A stretch of 64,000 bases of DNA, taken from the NCBI GenBank assembly GCA_951406725.2, contig OX597824.1:32984001-33048000 (forward strand), read 5' to 3'. The notes beneath the pieces are model-generated. The model saw only the letters and a list, made by a program, of their open reading frames with translations, was not told where the DNA came from and did no database searches. The position numbers and the translations under genes were made by a program. The stretch is from Octopus vulgaris. Its lineage: Eukaryota. Positions 25,611 to 38,987 of the stretch are shown piece by piece (the first letter of the stretch is position 1; every line of letters begins with the position of its first letter).

Positions 25611-26429
25611 CTGTGCATGTCTTTGCAATGATACCACTTGAGCAGCAGGAATATTTATGCCTCACAGCTTAATATAAGAATTTGAAAACAAAAATTGACA
25701 TCAGGAAGGATATCCAGCCAAAGAATACTCAGGAAAAGAACAACTTGATCTATTTCCCAATCTTAAAAACTACTTTTCTCTTAAAATCTAAAAGACATAG
25801 GTGTAGCTGTGTGGTAAGAAGCTTGCTTCCCAACCACATGGTTCCAGGTTCAGCCTCGCTGCATGACATTTTGGGCAAGTGTCTTTGAAACAAGCCCATT
25901 GTGTGTGTGTGTGTGTGTGTGTGTGATGTGTGCACATTCACTACTACTTAACAGCAAGTGTTGGAGTGTTTACATCCCTGTAACTTAGCGATTTGGCAAA
26001 AAAGACCAATAGAATAAGTACCAGGCTTTAAATAAAAAAAGTATTAGCATTGATTCATTTGACTAAAAATTCCTCAAGACGGTGCCCCAGCATGGCCACA
26101 GTCTAATGACTGAAACAAGTAAGAATAAAAGAGCATTAAATATGAAGTATTTAACTGGTTCACAATCACACAAAGTTCCAGATGTTGACCATGGTAAAAC
26201 AACAACTCATTCTTTCATTTGTTTCAGTCATTTGACACCAGCCATGCTGGAGCACCGCCTCGTTCACTACAGAGTAAAATAATTCCCTTGTTTCATGTCT
26301 ATTGAGTTATTAGCCAAGAATTGGGGGAAATGTCACAGAGATTCATTGAAAAGTTGGTTGAAATGTCATCACAAATTATGAATAGAGCAAGTGAAACTAT
26401 CAAAGCAAAACTAAAATATAGTTGTGATC

Positions 26430-26860
26430 TAGGTGCAGGCATGGCTGGGTGGTAAGAAGTTTGCTTCCCAACCACATGGTTCTGGGTTCAGTTCCACTGT
26501 ATGGCACCTTGGGCAAGTGTCTTCTACTACAGCCTCAGACTGACCAAAGCCTTGTGAGTGGATTTAGTAGACGGAAACTGAAAGAAGCCTGTTGTGTATA
26601 TGTATACATATATGTATGTTTGTTTATATGTTTGTGTGTGTATATGTTTGTGTGTCTGTGTTTGCCCCCCCTGACATCGCTTGACAACCGATGCTGGTGT
26701 ATTTACATCCCTGTAACTTAGCGGTTTGGCAAAAGTGACCGATAGAAAAAGTACTAGGCTTAGAAAGACTAAGTCCTAGGGTCGATTTGCTCGACTTAAG
26801 GCAGTGCTACAGGATGGCCACAGTCAAATGACTGAAACAAGTAAAAGAGTAAAGAGAGAG
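26430..26860 (+). mobile_element. SINE family A, full length (further full-length minus-strand copies ~46033-46470 and ~62606-63008)
   Basis: Complete head, internal microsatellite and gactgaaacaagtaaaagagtaa tail. Confidence 0.85.
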
Positions 26861-29859
26861 AGAGAGTATGCAACAAAGATTTAATTGGTTGCTCTATCTA
26901 CTTTATTCTATTTCATTTCTACTGTTCTTGGTCTTGGAGCCACAATGAAATATCGCAGGATAAATAAATGGAGAAAGAAATAAGAAGGAGAATTGCAAAA
27001 GAAGTTTGGAAACTGGAAAAATATTTTGCAAAATTTACCTATGAGGTTTTTATTTCCGTGCTGACTACCTGGTAAGATCATTAATGATTTTTACCCTTTA
27101 TTACAATGTGTGTGTGTGTGTGTGTATATATAGTCAGACAGACAGACAGACAAACAGAGTCCTTCTGCATTGGTTAGTCTGTGATTCTGATGCATCTCCT
27201 ATGCATGTATTCTTCGTACTGTTTATAGTACAAGGAATTCTATTTCTCTTCTGTATATCGAATATTCCTGATTCCCCAATCTCTCTTCTTCCAGTCATCC
27301 ATATTATTTATGTCTAACCCTACCTCACCCCACTCCACTTCACTCCACCTCAGATTCTGCATTATCCACAGTGTCCAGTCCTTCGGCTTACAAATGTTGA
27401 AGAAGAATGCCACCCTCACTATCCTCAACAGTTTTAAAGACAATTGGTACCATCCTTTCTTCCTGACCAAACTAATACATGTATTTCTCTAATTTCCACT
27501 TCCAGTAATGCAAAATTAAAACAAATTTAATCAAATTAGTGTAAACTGAACTGAGGTATGGCAGTCAATTAGAGAAATATTTGGTAAATCTCTGTGAGGA
27601 AAACATTCTAGAATCAAGTCAACTTGGTAATATACTTGAGTGTCTGACAAAACTAGTGATATAAATTCTAACATAAATTCTTCAATATTCAGCTAAAGCT
27701 GGAAGGTAGAATTATGTTACTATTATAATTCATACATTATAATTAATTTAAGCAACCAATTATTCATCCATTATAATTAATTTAAGCAACCAAGATTATT
27801 GAAATTATGTTGCAAGAATACATTGTTCTTTAAAATCCACTTTGCTATGATATCCAAGATATTTTTATGCCTGTAAGTTTGAAATATAGAAACAATGGAA
27901 TTGGTGAAGTATTTATTAAATCACACAATATAATGAAACGCTTAAATGAGTTTACTAAGCACATTGGCAAAAGTCAATGTTTCTTAGCCTCCAGTTGTAG
28001 CTAGCTTTACTTTGTATTGGACAGACTACTGAAGAACAAAAAAAGTGACAGAAGCGTATGAAATACTGGGAAAATCTGTTTATTTGGAAGGGTCGTTATG
28101 CCAATATACACAGACACTGATTCTATTTCACTTCTTTTTATTATTTTATTATTATTAGTCAGTTGGTTAAACATTAAACCAATTAACTAATCAATTGTAT
28201 GATTAATTGTTCTGTTAGTCAATCAATCATTCAACCTGCAAGGTTTGTTGAAGTCCTTTTATTGCCTTTCATGACCTCATCAATGACATGCACTCTCTAC
28301 TCCCGGTCTGCTTCAGGTCTGTCTGCTGATTGTCTCCTAGTCTATGGGTTCTATATTTATATATGGATGTGAGAGAGAATGTATGTGCAAGAGGGAGGGA
28401 GAGAGAGAGAGAGAGACACTATAAGTGTGTGTGTGCAGATGTATATCTGTGTGGCACAGGGAATTCTGTGCACAGGTGTAACAAACTTCCTCAGACACAA
28501 CAGAATATGTTTCAAGACATGTGTTCACATCAAGAAACTTGCAGACCAAATACAAAACTGAAATACTGAGAAACTGCTCCTGTTACTAAGTTAAAAGACT
28601 AAGTATATTATAGAACAGTTTTTGTTGGAATTCAAAATATCAAATTCTATCTTACTAACGAAAATATACTTAAACAAGACTGCAGGTTTCTGATAAAAAT
28701 ATACAAATACAGGTGATGAATACCTGTTAAAAACAGTTATGAATGAATTAATGCAATATAAAGAATTCAAATTTAACCAACCCTAAACAATGAATAATAA
28801 TAATAATAATAATAATTATATGCGGCAAAATAAAACAGTAGTCTTCTACATGAAACAAAGATAAAAACCAAAAAAATAAATAAACAAATCAAATTTAATT
28901 TATGCCTTCTAGCTTCGTTAAAGTAGCTTTGTCAAGATGAGTAATTCATTGTAAACTACTAGGTTTCTTAACAGAGTACTAATTAAAACTTAGCAGGAAA
29001 GTCACTTTCAACAACTGTACAAGAATGTGACCCAGCAGTAGCAGCAGCAGCTAGATTGCTTGTTTCTTTCTTTCTTTTACTTTTTGTTTATTTATATATT
29101 TTTTCATCAGCAACTTCCAAGTCTCATTCTCTAAAAGGAAAAGTGAGTCGTTGGGGGAGTGAAATAAAAGTAAGCTAAAAATGGAAACTAAGAGGGATAT
29201 ATGGCATGAAATAACTAACAAGAGCAACACAGACTGCCTGGAACAATTAAAGCTATTTTCCACACAAGTCACAAATGAAAAGCAATAAGGTAGAAGAAGC
29301 AAAACGGCCGGAAAAAAAGTAGAGAGAAAATATGCAGCTTAAAGAGTTAAACAGACCTAAGTGGTATTTCAGTGCATAAGACAGGGCAAATAAAGTAGGC
29401 AACAAATACTAATTACATATTTGACAGCCGTATGTAACTGTGTGCATATGTGTGAGTGTGTGTATGTCTGTGTGTGTGTGTCAGTGTGTCTCAAATGTGC
29501 CTGAAATAATTTGTGAAACAACACAGCAATATATATCATTTCGTATGTAAAACTTTTTTTTTTTCTCCACTTGCAGAACACAATAACATACAGGAAATTT
29601 TCTTTAAATTAGTCATTCCAATTTCCTCATCGAGTGAAATATTCAAATATGTGAATATTTATAATAACAGCATGATTTTTAACAAGTTTTTTCCTTCCAC
29701 TAATAACTACAAAGTAATGCTCTCCCACCCCGTCTTGTTTTGTAGAAATAAAAATGTAAAGTCGATTGCAATACAACTTGAACCTAACACAAACTACATG
29801 CTAGAACACACACATAGTCTGCCTTTTAATAGTAATAATAATAATACTAATAATAATAG

Positions 29860-30541
29860 ACTTTACTATAGGCACAAGGCCTGAAATTTGATGGGACAAT
29901 GCTTGCCGATTACATCAACCCCAGAAATTCAATTGATACTTATTTTATTGACCCCAAAAAGTTGAAAGACAGAGTCGATCATGGTGGAATCTGAACTCAG
30001 AATGCAAAGCCAGGAGAAATGCCGCTAAGCACATTGTCCAAATCACTAACAATTCTGCCAGCTTGCTGTCATAATAATAATAATAATAATGGTTTCAAAT
30101 TTTGGCACAAGGCCAGCAAGTTTGTGGGTTGGAGTAAGTCAATTACACCAACCTCTGTATTCAGCTGGTACTTATTTCAGTGATCATCAAAGGGATGAAA
30201 AACAAAGTTGACCTTGGTGGAATTTGAATTCAGAATGTAATGACTGATGATATGTTAAGCATTTTGCCTGGCATATTAACAATTCTGCTAGCTCACTGCC
30301 TTTAATAATAATAATAATAATAATGCTTTCTACTAAAGGCACAAGATCTGAAATTTTGTGGGAGGGGACTAGTTGATTACATTGACTCCAGTGTTTCACT
30401 GGTACTTAATTTATTGACCCCCCCCCCCCCCGATGAAAGGCAAAGTGGACCTCGGCAGAATTTGAACTCAAAACATAAAGATGGAGAAAATGCCACTAAG
30501 CCTTTTACCTAGAGTGCTAAGGATTCTGCCAGTACACTGCC

Positions 30542-30584
<43 letters not shown>

Positions 30585-30592
30585 TAATAATA
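29860..30592 (-). mobile_element. Head-to-tail array of three SINE C copies separated by (AAT)n
   Basis: Three ~210-bp units, each bounded by (aat)n tracts. Confidence 0.85.
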
Positions 30593-31108
30593 AATACGCC
30601 AACCCATTTGATTTTATGGTGGTGTCCTTGTATATAAATCACTTTATATACCCATCAGCATACCATATAACTATTTGTAGACAAGTGAAGTGATTATTTG
30701 TTACAGTTGTTTACAAAATTCTCTCCTATTTTGACAAATCTTGCCTTCATTTTTTTAACAACAAAATTTTCAAGAACTAATATTCCGAAAAATAAAGTAG
30801 AAAATGTGGGGGGAAAAATTTTTGAAAATGAATAAATGAAACTAACTAAAATAAGAATTGTTTTTTTCAATATTCATTGTTATAACTAAAATTACATAAA
30901 ATTGATTAAATATTTCTCTTTTTTTTTTTCCAAATGAAGAAAAAGTTAATCTATTAAAAATATAAATAAAAAGTTTGATACAAACAAAATGATTAAATAT
31001 CTACACAAAGGATAATATGCAAACTAACACATTAGCAACAAATTGAAAAAGAACTGGAAAGGAAAATGAAACAGTTTAAGAATTAAGAAGAATTCTACAA
31101 AGACATAC

Positions 31109-31231
31109 TTCATGCCTTTTCCGAAGAGCTTCATTCTTTTTTCGAATTTCCTCCATTTTTTTAGTCAATAAAGCTTCTCGTTCCTCTTTGGTGAGTATGT
31201 CCAGAAAAAGTTCTTTGTCGGCATTCATGTG
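31109..31231 (-). CDS. CCDC9: CCDC9-like N-terminal coiled-coil exon (HMNADKELFLDILTKEEREALLTKKMEEIRKKNEALRKRHE)
   Basis: Acceptor ctttttacaatatag, donor GAA|gtatgt, 123 nt, phase 0-0; KEEREALLTKKMEEIRKKNEALRKRHE aligns to recalled human CCDC9 KEEKDAELDKRIEALRRKNEALIRRYQ. Confidence 0.85.
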
Positions 31232-31803
31232 CTATATTGTAAAAAGAATGTGGGAAAAAAAAGAAACTAGTTAATGGACAGGTGAAATAATAAACTCACC
31301 TTTGTAATCATTCAATCAACTATACCTTTTCTCTATTTAAAGTATCTGCATGCATGCATGTCTGTCTAAGAGTTGGCATGTAGGTGAACACAATGCTCAC
31401 AGTAGTTAATGAAAGGAATGCGAATACATTTCTTTGCATACAAGTGGAAATTATGATTGCCAATACATTACAAAACATAGAAAATTACTTTGAATATTAA
31501 TAAGAAGACACTTATGATATGATATAATTAAAAAGGAAAAAATATATATATAAATAAATTGGATGGGTTGCATATCAAAAATATTTTTCATTAAAAAAAA
31601 AAACCATCCTTTTCGATAAATGTCTTTAAAGTTTAAATATTCACTTAATTGTCTAAACAATAACTTAATTCAAATAATTACATATTTAACGAGCACAGCT
31701 TAACAGCAAATATTACATTTCATATTTTTAAAATGCCAACTTTTAAGAAGGTTAAAAAAAATTTCTTTACATTTTCAATTTTTAACTGGATGTAATTAAC
31801 TAC

Positions 31804-31862
31804 CTGCATGTTGATGTCATCAGGTGAAAGGTGACCAGAACGTAACACGTTCAGCTGATTTC
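31804..31862 (-). CDS. Candidate 59-nt upstream exon ending ATG CAG (open frame NQLNVLRSGHLSPDDINMQ)
   Basis: Acceptor acttttag, donor CAG|gtagtt; ends in phase 0 with the 31231 exon. Confidence 0.5.
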
Positions 31863-32989
31863 CTAAAAGTATACATAAATCTATGTTGTCTTTTAAATAT
31901 TTGTCTCTCATATCAGTGAAATTTGAGAAACTTTCAAACTAAGTTCAAATAATGGGAATAAATGTACTGTCAAGAAATAATACTCCGTAAATTCAATCAG
32001 ACATAACACAGAAATCAGGATATGTCCAGGGGATTGGTCATTCCAGAAGTATTTGAAAGACAATGAAAGATTAAAGAACATGAAGGGAGGAAGTACAAAA
32101 GAAGGAAGAGTGAACTGAAATCAAGAAAAAGTTAAGTCACAAGTTTCTTTACCTTGTCACAGGGGAAAGGTGCAAAAGATGGAACAGCTTTAGTCTTTCA
32201 TTAGTACTAAGTGAGGTGATAGGGGTTGGTACACAATGTAGAGGCTCAAATTTGATATTTATTTTTTTGTTGTTTTTTTGTTTTGTTTTGTTTTGTGCAT
32301 CTAAGCTCAAAATCCAGAATAAACTTGGAATGTTTCTCTTCATACAAGAACTAAATCATCAATAATATACTGTTAGTTGAATGGTTGGCTCAATCAATAA
32401 TTGTCCACTACTTAAAAAATATTTTAGCATGAAATTTAATGAGAAACACAAGTTATCTCCCTTCAACACTGAAAGATTTGCCAATGATATTAAAAGATTA
32501 AATTGCTTTAAAAAAAAAAAAAAGTGGATAGTTGTAAATAATTTAATGGCAAATAATTGGGTAAACTTCAATTTTTAATTAATTTATATGAGAGGATTAA
32601 TTCATTTCAGAAGACTAAATTAACTACTTTATTATTAATACTTTCCAAATTAGAATATTAAGTTAGTTACAAATATATTTAAATTTAAATACAAATTCAC
32701 CTTACATTATGGAGTAGAATAAATAATTAACTACGTCCAAAAATTTTAAATAATAGTGGAGTTATCTCCCATCTTAGCCCTTCCCAGGTTTTAACCCTTT
32801 GACAATCAGATTACTTACTGTCAAACGTAATGGTTATTTATTCAGTTTTGAATTAACCCTGTATTATCTTGCAGTTTTGAAAATTCAATGATGTGATTGT
32901 CTGTGTTTAGAATGACATTTTAGGGTAGATCTAAGAGACCAAATCTGACCAGTTTGAAAATAAACAAATAGAATATTTGGATCGGATAT

Positions 32990-33527
32990 GGCTGGTTTAA
33001 ATGCTGAAGAGCTAAAGACTTGTAAGGGAGTTTTTATATACTAAATGGTTGAATAATCTCAATTCAATATGTGTGTGACCCTACTATATTTGAATTAATG
33101 AGTCCAATAAATAATATTTGAAACTTGCATTTTTCTCATCAATTTAGATCCTTTGCTTAGATTATTTCTCTTTTATTTTTATAAAATTACCGTATTTGAA
33201 GGCATAAAAGATACACAGGCATATTAGATGCACCTCAATTGCAGTAGTGCATATTCAGGGCTGGTTTAAATGCTGAAGAGCTAAAGACTTGTAAGGGAGT
33301 TTTTATATACTAAATGGTTGAATAATCTCATTTCAATATGTGTGAGACCCTACTATATTTGAATTAATGAGTCCAATAAATAATATTTGAAACTTGCATT
33401 TTTCTCATCAATTTAGATCCTTTGCTTAGATTATTTCTCTTTATTTTTATAAAATTACTGTATTTGAAGGCATAAAAGATACACAGGCATATTAGATGCA
33501 CCTCAATTGCAGTAGTGCATATTCAGG
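32990..33527. repeat. Two-copy tandem duplication, period 269 bp
   Basis: ggctggtttaaatgctgaagagc...gcatattcagg repeated with about 4 differences. Confidence 0.95.
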
Positions 33528-34719
33528 CAAAATAGATTTTAGACAAAATTAACCCTTTAACATTTAAACTGGCCATGTCTGGTTTAATATCCTACTCATT
33601 TTATGTTGAAACATGCCAGATCTGGCATCTCACACCCACCCTACAATGTCATTCCAAAACCATACAATCATGCTATCGAAATCTACAAGTTACAAGATAA
33701 TGAATGATTAATTGAAAAAATGTGAATAAAAAAAGTATTTCATTGGATAGAGTAATCTAAATACTAAAGGGTTAAAGCATCATCATGGAGGCTTGTGGCT
33801 TAGTGGTTAGGGTGTCAGCATCATGATCGTAAGATTGTGGTTTCGATTCCTGGACCAGGCGACGCGTTGTGTTCTTGAGCAAAACACTCCATTTCATGTT
33901 GCTCCAGTTCACTCAACTGGCAAAAATGAGTAATGCTGCGATGGACTGGTGTCCTGTCCAGCTGGGGAATAGATATGCCATAGAAACCGGGAAACCGAGC
34001 CCATGAGCCTGGCTAGGCTCTAAAAGGGAGCATTTATTTTTTATTTTAAAGCATCATCATCATCATTTAACATCTGTTTTCTAAGCTCACATGGGTTGGA
34101 TGGTTTGATAGGAGCTGGCCAGCTAAAGCACTGCTCAGGCATCATGTCTGTTTTGGCATGGTCTCTACGGCTGGGTGCCCTTCCTAATGCCAGCCATTTT
34201 ACAGAGTGTAGTGGGTACTTTTATACAGCACCAGCACAGATGCATTTACATAATACCGGTACAGCTGCTTTTTACATGGCACCAGCACCCACAAGCCCAC
34301 AAGATTAGGAATGCCCAGCCGGAAAAGGATGCAGACAACCATGTTTTTACTTAACTAGACATGTCTTCTCAAGCACAGCAAACCATCAGGAGTTTTAGTC
34401 CCCTGTGAGGCCCAAGCATGTAATATTTAAAGCAACTCTGCATACAGGAGCTAAGGTGACATTTTTTTTTTCAAGTGTCTTATATGTCATTAAATATAGT
34501 AGTTTTACATTCAAAGAACAAGCCTAAGTAAAAATCCACTAACACTAAAATTTCAACCACTCCACAGCTAAAGTCAGAAAATATGCAATTTCAGTGCAGT
34601 TCAAGAAATTTAGCAACAGACCTGACCAAAATTAGGCAACAAAACCAAAGAGGAGCTTAATATGGAAAAGTTTGCCAATGTCACGAAGAGTGCAAAGGTA
34701 TGTAACCAAGCAGTTAGGG

Positions 34720-35884
34720 CAGTGGTTCTCAACCAATTTTTACCTATGGACTCCTTTGATTACTATTTTATTCTGGTGGACCCCCATAGCCATCCAATGT
34801 TTAAAAACTAGTTTATACCTTTAGCACTTAAAGAGATATTTTACCTGTCTTATGCTTAAACTGGCCAGATCCAGCCCCTCACATCTACCCTACAATGGCA
34901 CATTAAAAATAAACAATCACACTATCATAAGCTCAAGGCTGTGAGATAATACATGATTAATTCAAAACAATGTGAATAAACAAGTGTTACATTTGGCAGA
35001 ATAACCTGAATGCTAAAGGGTTATTAGATACTTCTTTCAAAATTCCTATTTTGTTTTTCACACAGTAACTTGTGTAAACTTGCAATAGCAAATTTCTGAG
35101 AAAACATGTTTCAGTGTCCAGAAATATATCAAACTATGTAAAACATGGAGAAAGAAACCAAACCATTTCATGCAATAAATATTGGGTTGTCTGGAAAGTT
35201 CATGCCGATTTTAAAGGAAAGAAAAAGGTTAATAAATATTTGCCATTACATTTTCAATCAACCAAATATGAACCATTTTGTTGCACAATGCATCTCCATC
35301 TTTCCTTTAACTTGAAAATACCCACTTCCCAGAAATGAGGTGGTTTCATGGCAAAGAATTCATCAAGGTATCTTTTTACGTCATCCTAGGAATTGAAAAT
35401 TTAACCATTAAGACTATTCTGCAGATACCTGAATAACTGGAAATCTGAAGGAGCAATATCTGGTGAATATGGAGGGCGGGGTAACACATCCCAGCTGGGC
35501 TGTAGCAATTTTTGTCTGGTTCCCAAAGCATCAAGTGCTGAAAATGAACTTTCTTATCTTCCAATTTAAAGGGTTACAGAATTAACACAGGTTATATGAA
35601 CATAAACCTTCTATCACGAAAACATAGCTTAAACTGTGCTCTAAATGGAAGTGTAGTCAAATCCTATTTTATGGATTCAACCATGTTCTAAAATAAGTCG
35701 AAAGGTAAGCTACTATAAATCGGCATGAACTTTCCAGACAACCCAATACATCTGAATCAAAGTTTTGCCATGGACACTTAAAATAATACTGTGGATCCCC
35801 AATTTACTAATTTACTTGCATGGACCCTTTAAAAACCTTATTGGGACCCCATGAGATAATATGGATTCTGGCTGAGAACCACTG
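34720..35884. mobile_element. hAT (Charlie-like) MITE carrying two nested insertions (related elements ~17150-17404 and 57404-57689)
   Basis: CAGTGGTTCTCAACC...GGCTGAGAACCACTG termini, degenerate 8-bp TSD agttaggg/ggttgggg; the 57404 element has a perfect TSD gtctaacc. Confidence 0.8.
35182..35746 (-). mobile_element. Internally deleted mariner (565 bp)
   Basis: Perfect 30-bp TIRs ttgggttgtctggaaagttcatgccgattt and TA TSD; N-terminal (L/M)EDKKVHFQHLMLWE fused to C-terminal WDVLPRPPYSPDIAPSDFQLFRYLQNSL...ERWRCIVQQNGSYLVD*. Confidence 0.92.
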
Positions 35885-37068
35885 GGTTGGGGTGTCACAC
35901 TCATGATTGTCAGATCATGGTTTCAATTCATGGACCAGGCAGTGCATTGTGTTCTTGAGCAAAATATTTGCTTTCACATTGCTCCAGATCACTCAGCTGT
36001 AGATGAGCTCCAGTAATAGCCAGGAAGTTAACCTCATGACAAACCAGTGCCTGTTCAGGAGGTAGTGTTGTAATTTCAGTCTTTTATATGCCTTGAAAAC
36101 CAGGTTAAACTTCAGCCTTATCATTCCTGAGGCTCATGATAAAAACAAAACAAGCAGGAAAAAAAAAACAAACAGTTAAACGTTGTTTTGTAATTGACTC
36201 CAGCAAAATATTGGTTTTGAATTTTGGCACAAGGCAGCAATTTCAGGGGAGTGGATAAGTTGATTATATCAACCCCAGTGTTCAACTGGTACTTATTTTA
36301 CCAATCCCAAAAGAATGAAAGGCTAAGTGAATCTCAATGGAATTTGAACTCAGAACATAAGGACGGAGAAAATGCTAAGAATTCAGCCATCTTGCCACTT
36401 TACCCCAACCGAATTTTGTTTTCAAAGTTTGGCACAAGACCAGTAATTTCAGAGGAGTGGACAAGCTGATTACATCAACCCCAGTGTTCAACTGGTACTT
36501 AATTTACTGACCCAATAGGATGAAAAGTGAAGTCAATCTAAGCGGAATTTGAACTCAGAACTTAAGGTTAACAATTTTGTCAGCTTGTTGCTTTACCTTG
36601 GCCAAATATTGATAGCAATTTAGTAGTTCCAAGATAAAATTTTTACAGGGAATATTGTACAAATTTTATATTCTTTGAGAGAAAAGAATCACAGATGGTT
36701 AAATATCAGAAATATCTCAATTTCAATTTAAGAAACTAAACGTTTGGCAATATGATGATGATGATGTTCCTTTTCTCCAGCTCAGTCTTAGCAAAGCAGT
36801 TCTAAGATGAAAAGGCTATGACCATCCAGTCTTTTTAGGAAGAGCACTATAAAAAATACTGGCACACCATTGGTTACAATGACAAGGGTTTCAGTTGATC
36901 CAATCAACGCAATGGTCTGCTTGTGAAATTAATGTACAAGTGGCTGAGCACTCCACAGATATGTATCCTTAGTGTAGCTCGTAGAACATGATACAGATTG
37001 TAGCATGGCTGGCCTTTTTGAATTACAGGTAAAACATTCTTGCTAGATGAGTGGATGGAAGTAACATG

Positions 37069-37434
37069 AAACGAGCACTCAGAGAATGCAAACCTGCCCC
37101 CAAGGCAACACCAATGTCCTCTCACTGATTAGCCTGAGATGATTTTTAAAATGAGAATATCTGGAATAAACTCAACTGCTCTCACAAACGAGAATACTAA
37201 AAATGAACCCAACCGCTCTCAAAAATTAATCAAAAAAAAAAAAACAGGTAAAATAATCCAGAATCCTTGTCTGGTACCGGATTGATCCTAAAATCTAATC
37301 AGTTCATGCCAGTCACAAGGCCAAACATCCCTGAAAGTTTCATCCAAATCCATCCAGCAGTTCTTGAGATATCTTGTCTACAGACAAACAAACAAATATG
37401 ACTAAAAACAATACCTCTGCCTTGCTAGAGGATA
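37069..37434 (-). mobile_element. Non-autonomous Helentron/DINE-1-like (HINE-type) element inside a SINE B copy
   Basis: 5' short inverted repeat, (tttg)n microsatellite, sub-terminal repeat and 3' hairpin gcattctctgagtgc followed by T residues. Confidence 0.55.
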
Positions 37435-38230
37435 CAATGTACTACTAGAATGAAACTCATGGCCTTATGACCATGAGCAGAATACCCTAACCACTAAGCC
37501 ATATATGCCTTCACTAAGAAGAGCACTATAAGGTCCTCAGAAATACATTATTCAATGTGACCTCCCTTTTCTAATAAACAAGTTGTGATCTGAGAAAACT
37601 GCTATTTCTAAAAGATTGTGTGATCACACAGAAGCTCTTTCACTGGCTTGTCAAATAGATGGTAACTCTTGCAAGGATCAGCTGTCAAAATAACTCTAAG
37701 AAACAGAGAACTTGACTACATAGGGGCACAAATTTAACAACAGTAGAAAACATTGTACAAGTGCCTGGAAAAATCTAATTTTCTGATGAGATTGTTCTCT
37801 GATCTTGGCAGCATAAACAAGGTTTTTACTTTCCATTTTGGGTTGAATGGTAGACAGAAAAGGGTGAATCCAGATTGACGCATTCACACATTTGTAACAG
37901 CATCACCAACTGTGATATCACACTTATATTTGTTTATGAAACTAGTTGAAAGAATCAAGTTAATTATTAACATCATCATCATCATTTAATATCTACTTTT
38001 CCATGCAAGATGGAAAAGTCATACACACACAGCAGGCCTCTTTCAGTTTCCCCCATACCAAATTCACTCACAATGTTTTGGTCAGCCGGGGCCTAAAGAG
38101 AAGACACTTGTCCAAGGGCTGAATCGTGTAACTGAACCCAAGACTACATGATTAGGAAGCAAGCTTCTTAACCACACAGCCACATTTGTGCCTCATTTGC
38201 CTTAAAATATTTGCAAGCTCACTCAGAATG

Positions 38231-38232
<2 letters not shown>

Positions 38233-38261
<29 letters not shown>

Positions 38262-38987
38262 TGTGTACAGTGCTCAGGTGCACTACAACTCATCTAAAGT
38301 GTATATATAATCAGGTGTAGTTTCGACGGATTTCGGGAAGCATGAGGGCCTTAAAGGATGCAGTGTCATGGCAGTCAACAACTGATGCAGGCAGTTTATT
38401 CCACGCTTCAGCAACCCAGAGCGTGAAAAAATGTTTCCGAAAGTCATGGGAGCTGTGCTGTTTTCTGACTTTGTAGGCATGTCCACGTGTGTTAGACACA
38501 TGGAGATCAAAAAGGTGTTCAGTGTTGTTGTTGGTGAGGTGGTTGATAACCTTGTGGGTGTTTACCAAGTCCGTCGCTAGACGCCGGAGCTTCAGTGAAT
38601 CCATGCCCAGGGAAACAAGGCGCTCAGAATATGGTAGGTGTCTGATGGAGGGTATGCGTTTGGTTGCACGTCTCTGGACAGATTCCAGGAGGTCAATGTT
38701 CTGAGCAAGATAGGGATTCCAAACTGATGATGCGAATTCCCAAGTGTGGTCGTACCATAGCTGTATACAGTTTTAAATAGATGGCTGGAGAGCGGCTAAC
38801 AAAAATCTTGCTGAGTGATGCCAAGACACCCTCGGCCTTCTTGACAATTTTAGAGATATGCTTTGTCCAACGCAAATCACTGCTGACAGTGATGCCTAGG
38901 TCACGCTCGCAAGAGGATTTCTTGATATCAGTGTTGTGGAGGGAGTATGTGGATGCAGGGTTTTTTCTCCCAAAATGCATGGTGGTG
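38233..38987 (-). mobile_element. 5'-truncated CR1-clade LINE
   Basis: ERDLGITVSSDLRWTKHI...LYTAMVRPHL/EFASSVWNPY...VQRRATK...SLKLRR...TRGHAYKV...WNKLP; one frameshift; (ATT)n tail. Confidence 0.92.

Noticed and set aside
31804-31862. Ankyrin-like look of IHVAAARNG...DINMQ in a hypothetical splice product
   Set aside because: Spacing does not fit the ankyrin consensus and the following exon is coiled-coil.
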